A stretch of 58,939 bases of DNA, taken from positions 1 to 58,939 of the forward strand of contig JASLSL010000296.1 in NCBI GenBank assembly GCA_030743445.1, read 5' to 3'. Shown one piece after another: positions 1 through 7,936 of the stretch. Position 1 is the first letter of the stretch. Each line of letters opens with the position of its first letter. The notes under the pieces are model-generated. The model did no database searches and was not told the origin of the DNA. It saw only the letters and a program-made list of their open reading frames with translations. Source of the DNA: Alphaproteobacteria bacterium (lineage in GTDB: Bacteria > Pseudomonadota > Alphaproteobacteria > UBA8366). Made by a program: the position numbers and the translations under genes.

Positions 1-309
1 CTTGATCGCCGCGACCGCGGTCGCGATGTTGCCGTAACCGGTCAACAGCACGACGCGGCTGTCGGCGCGCGCCGCCTGGATCGCCTGGACGACTTCGAAA
101 CCGTTGCCGTCGTCGAGCCGCATGTCGACCACCGCATAGGCCGGCGGGGAGGCGGCGACCGCCTCGATGCCCGCGGCGACGCTGGCGGCCGCGGTAACGA
201 TGAAGCCGCGGGTTTCCATCGCCCGCGCCAACCGGTTCAGCAGCGGTGCGTCGTCGTCGACGATCAACAAGGTTCGTTCGCCGGACGGCGTCTCTGGCGC
301 GTCGTTCAT
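1..309 (-). CDS. regA: Response regulator, RegA/ActR/PrrA family; receiver domain only, 3' end lies beyond the window edge
   Basis: Manual minus-strand translation from ATG at 309 gives MNDAPETPSGERTLLIVDDDAPLLNRLARAMETRGF...AVVDMRLDDGNGFEVV...RVVLLTGYGNIATAVAAIK. This is a CheY-like receiver with the acceptor Asp. It starts 19 nt downstream of a RegB-type kinase. Confidence 0.85.
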   Translation of the reverse strand, partial: MNDAPETPSGERTLLIVDDDAPLLNRLARAMETRGFIVTAAASVAAGIEAVAASPPAYAVVDMRLDDGNGFEVVQAIQAARADSRVVLLTGYGNIATAVAAIK

Positions 310-328
310 CGCTTCGATCCCGGCCCCT

Positions 329-1624
329 TCATGCCGTCAGCCCCTCAAGGATAACCCTTGGCCACGAGATGACAACCTCTGCACCGCCCCGGTTGCGGAA
401 CGCCAGGCTTGCGCCGGCGCGCTCTAGCAAGGTCTGCGCGATGAAGATGCCGAGCCCCATGTGCTCGCCGCTCTCCTCGCGGGTCGAGATATAGGGCTCG
501 CCGATCGAATCGATCAGCATCGCCGGGAACCCGGGGCCATCGTCCGACACCGTCACCCGGACCTCCTCGGCGTTCCAGTAGAGCCGCAATTCGACCCGGC
601 CGGCGGCGAACTCGACCGCGTTCTGGATCAGGTTGCCGAGGCCGTGCAGCAGTTCGGGTCGGCGAACGACGACCGGCTCGGCGCCGTCGGGCTCGTCCTC
701 GATCACGACGGCGAGGGCGATGTCCTCGCGCCGCGACCGGGAGGCCACCGCCTCGAGCAACGCCGAAAACGGCAGGCGTTCGAACGGGTCGCCGCCGCCG
801 GCCGTGGGCTCGCGCGCCAGATCGGCGAGAATCTCGCGGCAGCGTTCCGATTGGTCGAGCAGCAGGATGATGTCCTCGGCGTGCGGGCTGTCGGACGGGA
901 GCTCGCGGGCCAACTCGTTGGCGACCACGGCGATGGTGCTGAGCGGCGAGCCGAGCTCGTGCGCCGCCGCCGCCGCCAGCCCGTCGAGCGCCGAGAGACG
1001 CTGCGAGCGCGCCAGCGAGGCCTGGGTCTCGGCGAGCGCCTCCGACATGTGCCGCGCTTCCACGGCAACCGACCAGACATAGGCCGAGATGAACACCGAG
1101 GCGACCGCGAGCGCGGTCCAGATGCCGAGAATGTAGACCAAGGGCAGGTCGAGCTCGGGCGATCGCCAAGGCAGCGGCAGGTGGTGGGTCGAGAGCACGG
1201 TGACCGTGACTACCGCGAGCAAAGTGAGCGCGATCGTCGCACGGCGCGACATGATCGTCGCCGAGACCAGCACTGGCGCCAGGATCAATATCGCGAACGG
1301 GTTGGTCAGACCGCCGGTGAGGTAGAGCAGGACGCCGAGTTGGACGACGTCGAACCCGAGCAGCATCGCCGCGTCGCGGTGGGCGAGACGGCGCTGTGCC
1401 GGCCTGCGGTAGACCAGCACCACATTCGAGAGCGCCAGGATCGCGATCACCGCGAGGCACAAGAACAGCGGCAGCGGAAAGGCGAGCACGTAGTGGACCG
1501 CGAGCACCGTCGCGACCTGGCCGGCGGTCGCGATCCACCGAATCAGCACCAGGGTCCTGAGCCGCACCGGCGCGGCGGGTATGGTCGGCGAGGTCAACGC
1601 GTCGCCGATCGGGCCTTCACGCAT
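329..1624 (-). CDS. regB: Redox-sensing sensor histidine kinase, RegB/ActS/PrrB family
   Basis: Lies in ORF 329..1786. It has multiple N-terminal TM helices, the H-box AAAAAHELGSPLSTI, the RegB quinone-site heptapeptide GGLTNPF, a redox-box Cys (SERCREIL) and an HATPase C-terminus (GLGIFIA). I set the start at ATG 1624 to avoid overlapping the divergent gene; 1786 is the alternative. Confidence 0.88.
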   Translation of the reverse strand: MREGPIGDALTSPTIPAAPVRLRTLVLIRWIATAGQVATVLAVHYVLAFPLPLFLCLAVIAILALSNVVLVYRRPAQRRLAHRDAAMLLGFDVVQLGVLLYLTGGLTNPFAILILAPVLVSATIMSRRATIALTLLAVVTVTVLSTHHLPLPWRSPELDLPLVYILGIWTALAVASVFISAYVWSVAVEARHMSEALAETQASLARSQRLSALDGLAAAAAHELGSPLSTIAVVANELARELPSDSPHAEDIILLLDQSERCREILADLAREPTAGGGDPFERLPFSALLEAVASRSRREDIALAVVIEDEPDGAEPVVVRRPELLHGLGNLIQNAVEFAAGRVELRLYWNAEEVRVTVSDDGPGFPAMLIDSIGEPYISTREESGEHMGLGIFIAQTLLERAGASLAFRNRGGAEVVISWPRVILEGLTA

Positions 1625-1739
1625 GTCGCGTAGGGCAGCATGGACAAGGGCGGCGCGCAAGTCCCACCCCCTTGGCAACCGGGTTTCGCCGGCCCAAACT
1701 GCGGGCGATGTTCGAGCCCAAGGGAATGGATATGGCGCG

Positions 1740-2363
1740 ATGACCGCGGTCACGCGCTGGTGGTGGATCCGCCATGCGCCGGTCACAGAGGCTAGCGGCC
1801 GGATTTACGGCCAGTGCGACGTCTCGGCCGACTGCTCGCAAACCGCGACCTTCGAGCGCCTCGCCAAGGTCCTGCCATTGGACGCCGTAGCCGTGACCAG
1901 CGACCTGAAGCGCACGATAGAGACCGCCGAGGCACTTGCCGACGCCGGATGGAAAGCGGCTGAGACCGTGCGCGAGGAGGCCTTTCGCGAACAGCATTTC
2001 GGCGACTGGCAGGGCATGCGGCACGAGGATTTCGAGGCGGTGCGCGACGGCCTGCCGCACGGCGGCTGGCTCGCCCCCGCCTTCGAACGCCCGCCAGGCG
2101 GCGAGAGCTTCGCCGACGTGGTCGCCAGGGTCACGCCCACGATCGTCCGCCTGACCGCGGCGCATGCCGAATGCGACATCGTCGCGATTACCCATGGCGG
2201 CTCGATCCGCGCGGCGATCGCCTTCGCGCTCGGACTCGGCCCCGACGCGGCCCTCGCCTTCAGCATCGAGAACCTGTCGCTGACCCGCCTCGACCATATC
2301 GCGAGCCCGGTCGACGCCGGTGTCTGGCGGCTCAACCAGATCAACCGGCCGTTTCGCGATTAG
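1740..2363 (+). CDS. Histidine phosphatase family protein (phosphoglycerate mutase / CobC-like superfamily)
   Basis: Inner ATG of ORF 1581..2363. It has N-terminal WWWIRHAPV (RH catalytic motif) and C-terminal ITHGGSIRAAIA. Confidence 0.8.
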   Translation: MTAVTRWWWIRHAPVTEASGRIYGQCDVSADCSQTATFERLAKVLPLDAVAVTSDLKRTIETAEALADAGWKAAETVREEAFREQHFGDWQGMRHEDFEAVRDGLPHGGWLAPAFERPPGGESFADVVARVTPTIVRLTAAHAECDIVAITHGGSIRAAIAFALGLGPDAALAFSIENLSLTRLDHIASPVDAGVWRLNQINRPFRD

Positions 2364-2409
2364 GCCGGCCCGCTAGCGGCGCGACGGCGCCCTTGATAGG
2401 CTCTCAGCC

Positions 2410-2952
2410 ATGGATTTTGCGTTCCCGTTTTCCAGTCTGACCGGCATTATCGTGCTGGTGGCGCTGGTCGGCCTGTTGTGGATGATGTTCCGCCGCCAGT
2501 CGCGGGGACCGCTGCCCGCGGCCAAGGAAATCCCGCCGCGATCGTTGAAGTACGAATGGGTCTCGACGCCGCTCGGCAAGGCGAAACGGGACGTGTTGGA
2601 GAAGTTTCCCGAACTCGCCACCCTCAATCCGGCGCCCGACGGGGTTCATCTGATCCGCTTCGGCCTGTTCAATATCGGCACCGAGCCGGTCGAGGCGGAC
2701 CAGTTCACCGAGCCGTTCTCGATCCGCTTCGCCGAGGGTGCGGAGGTGCTGTCGGCGACCGTCAGCGAGATGCTCAAGACCGAGACCGAGATATCCGAGG
2801 CGCCCCGGGTCACGGGGCCGGCGGTCGAGCTGCCGCCGTGCCATATCGACGCCCGCGGCACGGTGATCTTCAACCTGATTGTGCGCGGCGGCCGCGACCC
2901 CGAGGCCGTCGCCGCCGAAATCGAGGGCTTCGGCCCACCGCAGCGGCTGTGA
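2410..2952 (+). CDS. Hypothetical membrane-anchored protein
   Basis: 180-aa ORF with one N-terminal TM helix (LTGIIVLVALVGLLWMMF). The codon usage looks coding. I recognise no domain. Confidence 0.55.
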   Translation: MDFAFPFSSLTGIIVLVALVGLLWMMFRRQSRGPLPAAKEIPPRSLKYEWVSTPLGKAKRDVLEKFPELATLNPAPDGVHLIRFGLFNIGTEPVEADQFTEPFSIRFAEGAEVLSATVSEMLKTETEISEAPRVTGPAVELPPCHIDARGTVIFNLIVRGGRDPEAVAAEIEGFGPPQRL

Positions 2953-2982
2953 TCGAGGGCGGTAGACCCAACGATAGCCGTC

Positions 2983-3014
2983 ATTCCGGGGCGCGCAACG
3001 CGCGAACCCGGAAT
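2983..3014. repeat. REP-like nested perfect hairpin, probably a bidirectional terminator between convergent genes
   Basis: ATTCCGGG-GCGCG-CAA-CGCGC-GAA-CCCGGAAT. The outer 8-bp and inner 5-bp arms are perfectly complementary. It lies between the stops at 2952 (+) and 3045 (-). Confidence 0.6.
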
Positions 3015-3044
3015 CCATGCCTGAGCTTTACTTAGCGGCGGTCC

Positions 3045-3749
3045 CTAAGCTTCCGCTTCGAGTTCGCGGCCGAGTCGCGTCGCGACCGCGATGCGCTTCT
3101 CGCGCAATGCCGCACCGCGCTCCCTCAGCGCCGCCACGTCCGCCGGGTCGGCGCTGGCGGGCGAGCCGCCGGGGAACGGCGGCGCCGGGTCGTACTCGAT
3201 TTGCAGCTGAATGCGCCGCGCCTCCTCCTCGCCAGCGACCCGGGCGGCGAACAGCAGCGCGAAGTCGATGCCCGAGGTGACGCCGGCGCCGGTGATGACG
3301 TTGCCGTCCTCGACCACGCGCTCCTCGACCGGGATAGCACCGAGCAGCGCCAACTGATCGATCGCCGCCCAATGGGTCGTGGCGCGCTTGCCGCGCAGCA
3401 ATCCCGCCGCCGCCAGCAGCAGCGAGCCGGTGCACACCGATGTGATCAGCTCCGCCGCCTCGCCCGCCGCCTTCAGGTAGGCGATCAAATCCGTGTCCTC
3501 CATCGCCGCCAGCTGGCCCGGCCCGCCCGGCACGAACAGCACGTCGGGATCGGGAAGGTCCGTGTAGGTCGCGCTCGGCGTGAGGATCAGGCCGCGGTCG
3601 GTCTCGACCGGGTCGAGGCTGGAGGAAACCAAATCGACCTTCGCCCCCGGCAAGCGGGCCAAGACCTCGAACGGTCCGGTGAGATCGAGCTGGGTCAGGC
3701 CCGGGAACAGGACCATGGCGATGCGGCGGGGTTTTTCGCTGTCGGGCAT
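3045..3749 (-). CDS. DJ-1/PfpI family protein (class I glutamine amidotransferase-like)
   Basis: 234-aa ORF with RIAMVLFPGLTQLDLTGPFEV and a nucleophile elbow ITSVCTGSLLLAAAGLL. Confidence 0.85.
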   Translation of the reverse strand: MPDSEKPRRIAMVLFPGLTQLDLTGPFEVLARLPGAKVDLVSSSLDPVETDRGLILTPSATYTDLPDPDVLFVPGGPGQLAAMEDTDLIAYLKAAGEAAELITSVCTGSLLLAAAGLLRGKRATTHWAAIDQLALLGAIPVEERVVEDGNVITGAGVTSGIDFALLFAARVAGEEEARRIQLQIEYDPAPPFPGGSPASADPADVAALRERGAALREKRIAVATRLGRELEAEA

Positions 3750-3774
3750 GGCTCGACCTTTCGAGGTTGCGTGG

Positions 3775-3939
3775 CTATTGCAGCAAACAGAGAACGCCGT
3801 AACAGCTATCCAACAGATAGCGGAAGGCGAGATAAAGAATCAGGTCGAGGACGAAGGCAACGCCCAACACCGGCAGACAGACATAGAGCCCGAAATAGAC
3901 CCAGGCCCACACGGTGAACCGCGGCTTCGGATACGCCAT
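3775..3939 (-). CDS. Possible small hydrophobic (two-TM) protein
   Basis: Inner ATG of ORF 3775..4107 gives MAYPKPRFTVWAWVYFGLYVCLPVLGVAFVLDLILYLAFRYLLDSCYGVLCLLQ. It ends 25 nt upstream of the DJ-1 gene on the same strand. I recognise no homology. Confidence 0.3.
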   Translation of the reverse strand: MAYPKPRFTVWAWVYFGLYVCLPVLGVAFVLDLILYLAFRYLLDSCYGVLCLLQ

Positions 3940-4027
3940 GCCGCGCACCGGCCCCGCCTGCTTTGCCACACTCGCCATCCTCGGGGCACTATACCAGCTT
4001 TCCGGAGCAGCTTTCCCGGCTTGGCCC

Positions 4028-5002
4028 ATGACAGCGAGCCCCCATATACCGGTCGACGTCGAATTCGATACCGCCTCGCGTTCCGACTGGGACCGCCTGA
4101 TGGCCATGGCGGCGCGGCCCGCCTTCGAACAGAGCTGGGCCTACGGCCAGGGCATCGCCACCGCACCTGCGATGGCGGCGCGCCGCGCCGTGATCCGGCT
4201 CGGCGACGAGCCATTCGGCGGCGAGCCGGTGGCGCTGGTGCAAGGCTTCACCCGGTCGCTCGGCGGCGTGCTGCAGCTGACCCAGATCCTGCGCGGTCCG
4301 GTGATGCTGCGGGACGACCTTCCGGCGGCGGCGCACGGGGCGGTCCTGCGGGCGACTCGCAACGCCTTCCGCCGCGATTGGCGCGAGGTGCTGCTGTGGA
4401 TGCCGGAGCTCGCCGCGGCGCCCGAGAGCCAGGCCCTGATGCGGGCGACCGGCGCCCGCCGGGTGATGACCGGCTACAGCTCGTCCTGGATCGACCTCGG
4501 GGCGGGCGAGGATGAACTGCGCCATAAGCTCCACGGCAAGTGGCGCAACGCGTTGGTCCGCGCCGAGGACGCCGGGCTCAGGGTCCGAAGCGCCACCGGC
4601 GGGCGTGAGTTGGACGAACTGCTCGATCGTTATGCCGGCTTGAAACGGACGCGGCGGTTTTCAGGGCCGAGCGCCGCCCTGATCCGCGCCGCCGCCGAGG
4701 GCGCCACGCGGCGCGGGGATTTCCTGGTCCTCGAGGCCGGCCCGCCGCGCGCGCCGAGGGCGGCGATCCTGTTGGTGCGCCACGGCAACGCCGCGACCTA
4801 CGTGATCGGCTGGGCCGACGACGAGGGCCGGCAGAGGGGCGCCGGCAACCTTTTATTGTGGCGCGGGCTCGTGGCGCTCAAGCAGCAAGGGGTCGGTTGG
4901 CTCGACCTCGGCGGGTTCAACACCGACAAGATGGCCGGCATCGCGCGCTTCAAGCTCGGCCTTGGCGGCGCGCCCTATACGCTGGCGGGCACCTTTCTCT
5001 AG
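4028..5002 (+). CDS. FemAB-like / GNAT-fold acyltransferase family protein
   Basis: Lies in ORF 3914..5002. SWAYGQGIA...HGKWRNALVRAEDAGLRV...GNAATYVIGWADDEGRQRGAGNLLLWRGLVALKQQGVGWLDLGG is typical of FemAB-like peptidoglycan-bridge or lipid acyltransferase folds. ATG 4028 was chosen because it leaves a divergent intergenic region. Confidence 0.6.
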   Translation: MTASPHIPVDVEFDTASRSDWDRLMAMAARPAFEQSWAYGQGIATAPAMAARRAVIRLGDEPFGGEPVALVQGFTRSLGGVLQLTQILRGPVMLRDDLPAAAHGAVLRATRNAFRRDWREVLLWMPELAAAPESQALMRATGARRVMTGYSSSWIDLGAGEDELRHKLHGKWRNALVRAEDAGLRVRSATGGRELDELLDRYAGLKRTRRFSGPSAALIRAAAEGATRRGDFLVLEAGPPRAPRAAILLVRHGNAATYVIGWADDEGRQRGAGNLLLWRGLVALKQQGVGWLDLGGFNTDKMAGIARFKLGLGGAPYTLAGTFL

Positions 5003-5009
5003 CGTTGCC

Positions 5010-5768
5010 TTAGTGCGCATATCGGCGCGCGCCGCCGTCGACATGGATCACCTGCCCGTTGATGTAACGGGCCCGCGGCGAGCACAGAAAGGCGACCAGG
5101 ACCGCGAGGTCTTCGGGCTCGCCGATATAGCCGGCCGGGCAGTTTTCCTCGGCCCAGGCCTTCTGGGCGTCCTTGCTGGGCAGTATCCGTTGGTCGATCT
5201 GTTCGGAATGAATCCGCCCGGGCGGAATCGAGTTCACGGTGACGCCATCGCGACCGACCTCGCGCGACAAGGCCTTGGCCCATAAATGCGCCGCACCGTT
5301 CGGCGGCACGGCCGCGTTCATGCCCGACGGCTCGTCGGCGCCGGTCACGTTGACGATGCGGCCGAAATTCCGCGCCTGCATCTCCGCGACGAAGGCGTGG
5401 GTCAATCGGCGCGCCGCGGTGAAGTTCAACAGCATCGCTTCGGCCCACTCCTCCTCGGTGCCGAGACCCGGCATCGGTCGAGAGCCGCCGGCGTTATTGA
5501 CCAGGATATCCAGAGCCTCGAATTCGGCATCGATTTGCGTGCGGATGCGTTCTGCCGCGCCGTCCCGGGTGATGTCTTCGACAACGATCGAGGGACGCTC
5601 ATGCCCCTTTGCGGCGATCCCGTCCGCGACCTCGTCCAAGAGATCGGAGCGGCGCGCGAGGATCGCCAACCGGCACCCTTCTTCCGCCAGAACTTCGGCG
5701 ATCGTGCGGCCCAAACCGATACTGGCGCCGGTTACCAACGCCGTCTTGCCGGTGAGTTGAAGATCCAT
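5010..5768 (-). CDS. SDR family oxidoreductase (FabG-like)
   Basis: MDLQLTGKTALVTGASIGLGRTIA (TGxxxGxG), NNAG and a YxxxK-type region. GGAGGGG lies 7 nt upstream of ATG 5768. Confidence 0.88.
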   Translation of the reverse strand: MDLQLTGKTALVTGASIGLGRTIAEVLAEEGCRLAILARRSDLLDEVADGIAAKGHERPSIVVEDITRDGAAERIRTQIDAEFEALDILVNNAGGSRPMPGLGTEEEWAEAMLLNFTAARRLTHAFVAEMQARNFGRIVNVTGADEPSGMNAAVPPNGAAHLWAKALSREVGRDGVTVNSIPPGRIHSEQIDQRILPSKDAQKAWAEENCPAGYIGEPEDLAVLVAFLCSPRARYINGQVIHVDGGARRYAH

Positions 5769-5970
5769 TGTCCCCTCCAAAGGCATGATACTTTCCGACC
5801 GAGCGCCCGAGAGTAACTCGCTTTACCCTCGCGGGCACCACTCCCTGACGACGATCCTCCCCAAAAACACAGAAGATGTTGTTATCGGCGGATTGGTATA
5901 TACTAGATAAAGTGGTTGTAACGCGGGGCCGAGATATCATATTCGGCGACACCGGTTCGGAGGTTGCCCC

Positions 5971-6654
5971 ATGAAGCCGTTCAACGCATTGCTCGCCGTC
6001 GCCTTTTTTACCGCCGTGGTCGCGGCGACCCCGGCGCGGGCCATCACGGACCAAGAGGAGCTGGTCGAGACCGCGCGCTTCACGGTCGAGAAATTGATCT
6101 CGCACGCCGAGCTCGGCGGCGCGGTCCGGACAATGCTCAAGGACGCCAAGGGCGTTCTCGTCATCCCCTCGCTGTTGAAGGGCGCGTTCTTCTTCGGCGC
6201 CGAGGGCGGCAGCGGCGTGCTGATGGCGCGCGGCGAGAGCGGCAAGTGGAGCTACCCGGCGTTTTACACCATCGGCTCGGCGAGTTTCGGCCTGCAGATC
6301 GGCGGCCAGTCGGCCGAGGTGATGTTGGTCCTGATGACCAACAAGGGGCTCAACGCGGTGCTCAACCACAAGGTCAAGCTCGGCGGCGACATCAGCGCCG
6401 CGATCGGCCCCTATGGCATGGGCGCCGAGGCGTCGACGACCTCGAATCTGGGCGCCGATATCCTGTCCTACTCGGTCAACAAGGGCGCCTTCGCCGGGTT
6501 CAGCTTCGAGGGTGCCGTGATCTACCCACGCGACGAGTGGACGACGGGGTATTACGGCGACAAGAATGCGACGCCCAGGGCCGTGGTGGTCGACGGCCAA
6601 TACCGCAACGCCCAGGCGGAGAAGCTGCGCAGCGCGCTCGCCGCGGCGCGTTGA
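5971..6654 (+). CDS. SYLF (DUF500/Ysc84-like) lipid-binding domain protein, secreted
   Basis: 227-aa ORF with a signal peptide (MKPFNALLAVAFFTAVVAATPARA). The SYLF-type core reads GVLVIPSLLKGAFFFGAEGGSGVLMAR...SFGLQIGGQ...KLGGDISAAIGPYG. A GGAGG RBS is present. Confidence 0.8.
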   Translation: MKPFNALLAVAFFTAVVAATPARAITDQEELVETARFTVEKLISHAELGGAVRTMLKDAKGVLVIPSLLKGAFFFGAEGGSGVLMARGESGKWSYPAFYTIGSASFGLQIGGQSAEVMLVLMTNKGLNAVLNHKVKLGGDISAAIGPYGMGAEASTTSNLGADILSYSVNKGAFAGFSFEGAVIYPRDEWTTGYYGDKNATPRAVVVDGQYRNAQAEKLRSALAAAR

Positions 6655-6730
6655 CTAGGGCCGAAATTCAGGTCGCAGGGCGGGTCGAAAGGCGCTTTTA
6701 AAGTCGCGCCGCGCCGGATACGATCCGGGC

Positions 6731-7078
6731 ATGTCGGATAAGCGTTTTCGCCGTATTTGTATCCTGTTGATCATCCTCGCATCCCTACCAGGACCGCTGT
6801 CGTCGGGTTTGCAGGCCTCGATCGCCATGCCGCAAATGAATTTGGAAATGACCGGCGACGAACCGTCCGCCTTCGATTGCCCGTTCTGCGCCGAGGAAAT
6901 GGCCATCGGCCCCTCGGTTTGCGCGCTGCTCTGTTTCGGTGTGGCGGCAATCCTACCGGAAATCATGAGCGCGGACCCTCCTGCCGCGGTGGCCATGGCG
7001 TTCGTGTCCACCCGTTATCGCGCGGGCCTTTCGCTCGCCCCCGATCCCTCGCCTCCCAGACCCGTCGTCTCGTCATAA
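6731..7078 (+). CDS. Small Cys-containing exported/membrane protein, DUF2946-like (CPFC motif)
   Basis: 115-aa ORF with a hydrophobic N-terminus (RRICILLIILASLPGPL), a CPFC motif, a second hydrophobic stretch and a Pro-rich C-terminus (PDPSPPRP). The DUF2946 resemblance is from memory only. Confidence 0.45.
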   Translation: MSDKRFRRICILLIILASLPGPLSSGLQASIAMPQMNLEMTGDEPSAFDCPFCAEEMAIGPSVCALLCFGVAAILPEIMSADPPAAVAMAFVSTRYRAGLSLAPDPSPPRPVVSS

Positions 7079-7198
7079 AGCCGGCCGGGGCGGGCGTCCC
7101 CAAATCGACGACCCGCGCGGGCGGGCATCGTGTGCGCGTCTGTCGCGCGGGAATGCCGGTTCGATCCCGGCATCCGATCGAGACTGATGAGAACTGGG

Positions 7199-7909
7199 AT
7201 GAGAGACATGACAAACGGAAAACTCTTGGCGGCCATCGGCGCCGCACTATTAATCGCCAGCTTTGGCGGCACGGCAATGGCCGACGGCTCGCCGGAACGG
7301 GGGGCCGAGGCGTACCGCAAATGCGCCGCCTGCTATTCGATCGAGAAGGGCCGGCACACGACCGGGCCGAGCCTCGCCGGTATCTGGGATCGCAAGGCCG
7401 GAACGGTCGAGGGGTTCCGGCGCTATTCGAAGGCCTTGCGCCAGTCGGGCGTTACCTGGACGGAACGAAGCCTCGATGAATGGCTGGCGAACCCGCGGGC
7501 GTTCATCGCCGGCAACCGGATGACCTTTCGCGGCATCGAGAACGCCCAGGAGCGGGCCGACATCGTCGCCTATCTGAAATCGGTAGCGGCCGGCAGGCCG
7601 CCCAAGACCGCACGACGCGGTGGCGGCATGATGGGCGCCGGGCGCACCTCCGACTTGAAGAAGGTCGGACCGGAACGGCAGGTCAAATCGATCCGCTACT
7701 GCGGCGATACCTACACGGTGACCACGGCGGCCGATCGGACCCTCGAATACTGGGAGTTCAACCTGCGCTTCAAGAGCGACGGCGGCGATGACGGACCGGC
7801 CAAGGGAACCCCCGTCATAACGCGGGGCGGGATGATGGGCGATCGCGCCTTCGTCGTCTTCGCCGGGCCGAAGGAGATCAGTCCGTTCATAAAACGCAAG
7901 TGCCGATAA
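7199..7909 (+). CDS. Class I cytochrome c-like domain protein with a CAACY motif and a ~130-aa Met-rich C-terminal extension
   Basis: Lies in ORF 7130..7909. It has a signal peptide (MTNGKLLAAIGAALLIASFGGTAMA). The cytochrome c-like core reads KCAACYSIEKGRHTTGPSLAGIWDRKAGTVEGFRRYS...GVTWTERSLDEWLANPRAFIAGNRMTFRGIENAQERADIVAYLKS. The tail carries GGGMMG and RGGMMG. Alternative starts are 7187 and 7208. Confidence 0.75.
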   Translation: MRDMTNGKLLAAIGAALLIASFGGTAMADGSPERGAEAYRKCAACYSIEKGRHTTGPSLAGIWDRKAGTVEGFRRYSKALRQSGVTWTERSLDEWLANPRAFIAGNRMTFRGIENAQERADIVAYLKSVAAGRPPKTARRGGGMMGAGRTSDLKKVGPERQVKSIRYCGDTYTVTTAADRTLEYWEFNLRFKSDGGDDGPAKGTPVITRGGMMGDRAFVVFAGPKEISPFIKRKCR

Positions 7910-7936
7910 GAAGCGGAGCGCCCGCCGCGCGGCCGC

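Noticed and set aside
6655-7011. 118-aa minus-strand ORF opposite the DUF2946-like gene
   Set aside because: It has no signal peptide or TM logic and no motif. The plus-strand ORF has a coherent exported-protein architecture (hydrophobic N-terminus, CPFC) and sits in operon position with the cytochrome-like gene.
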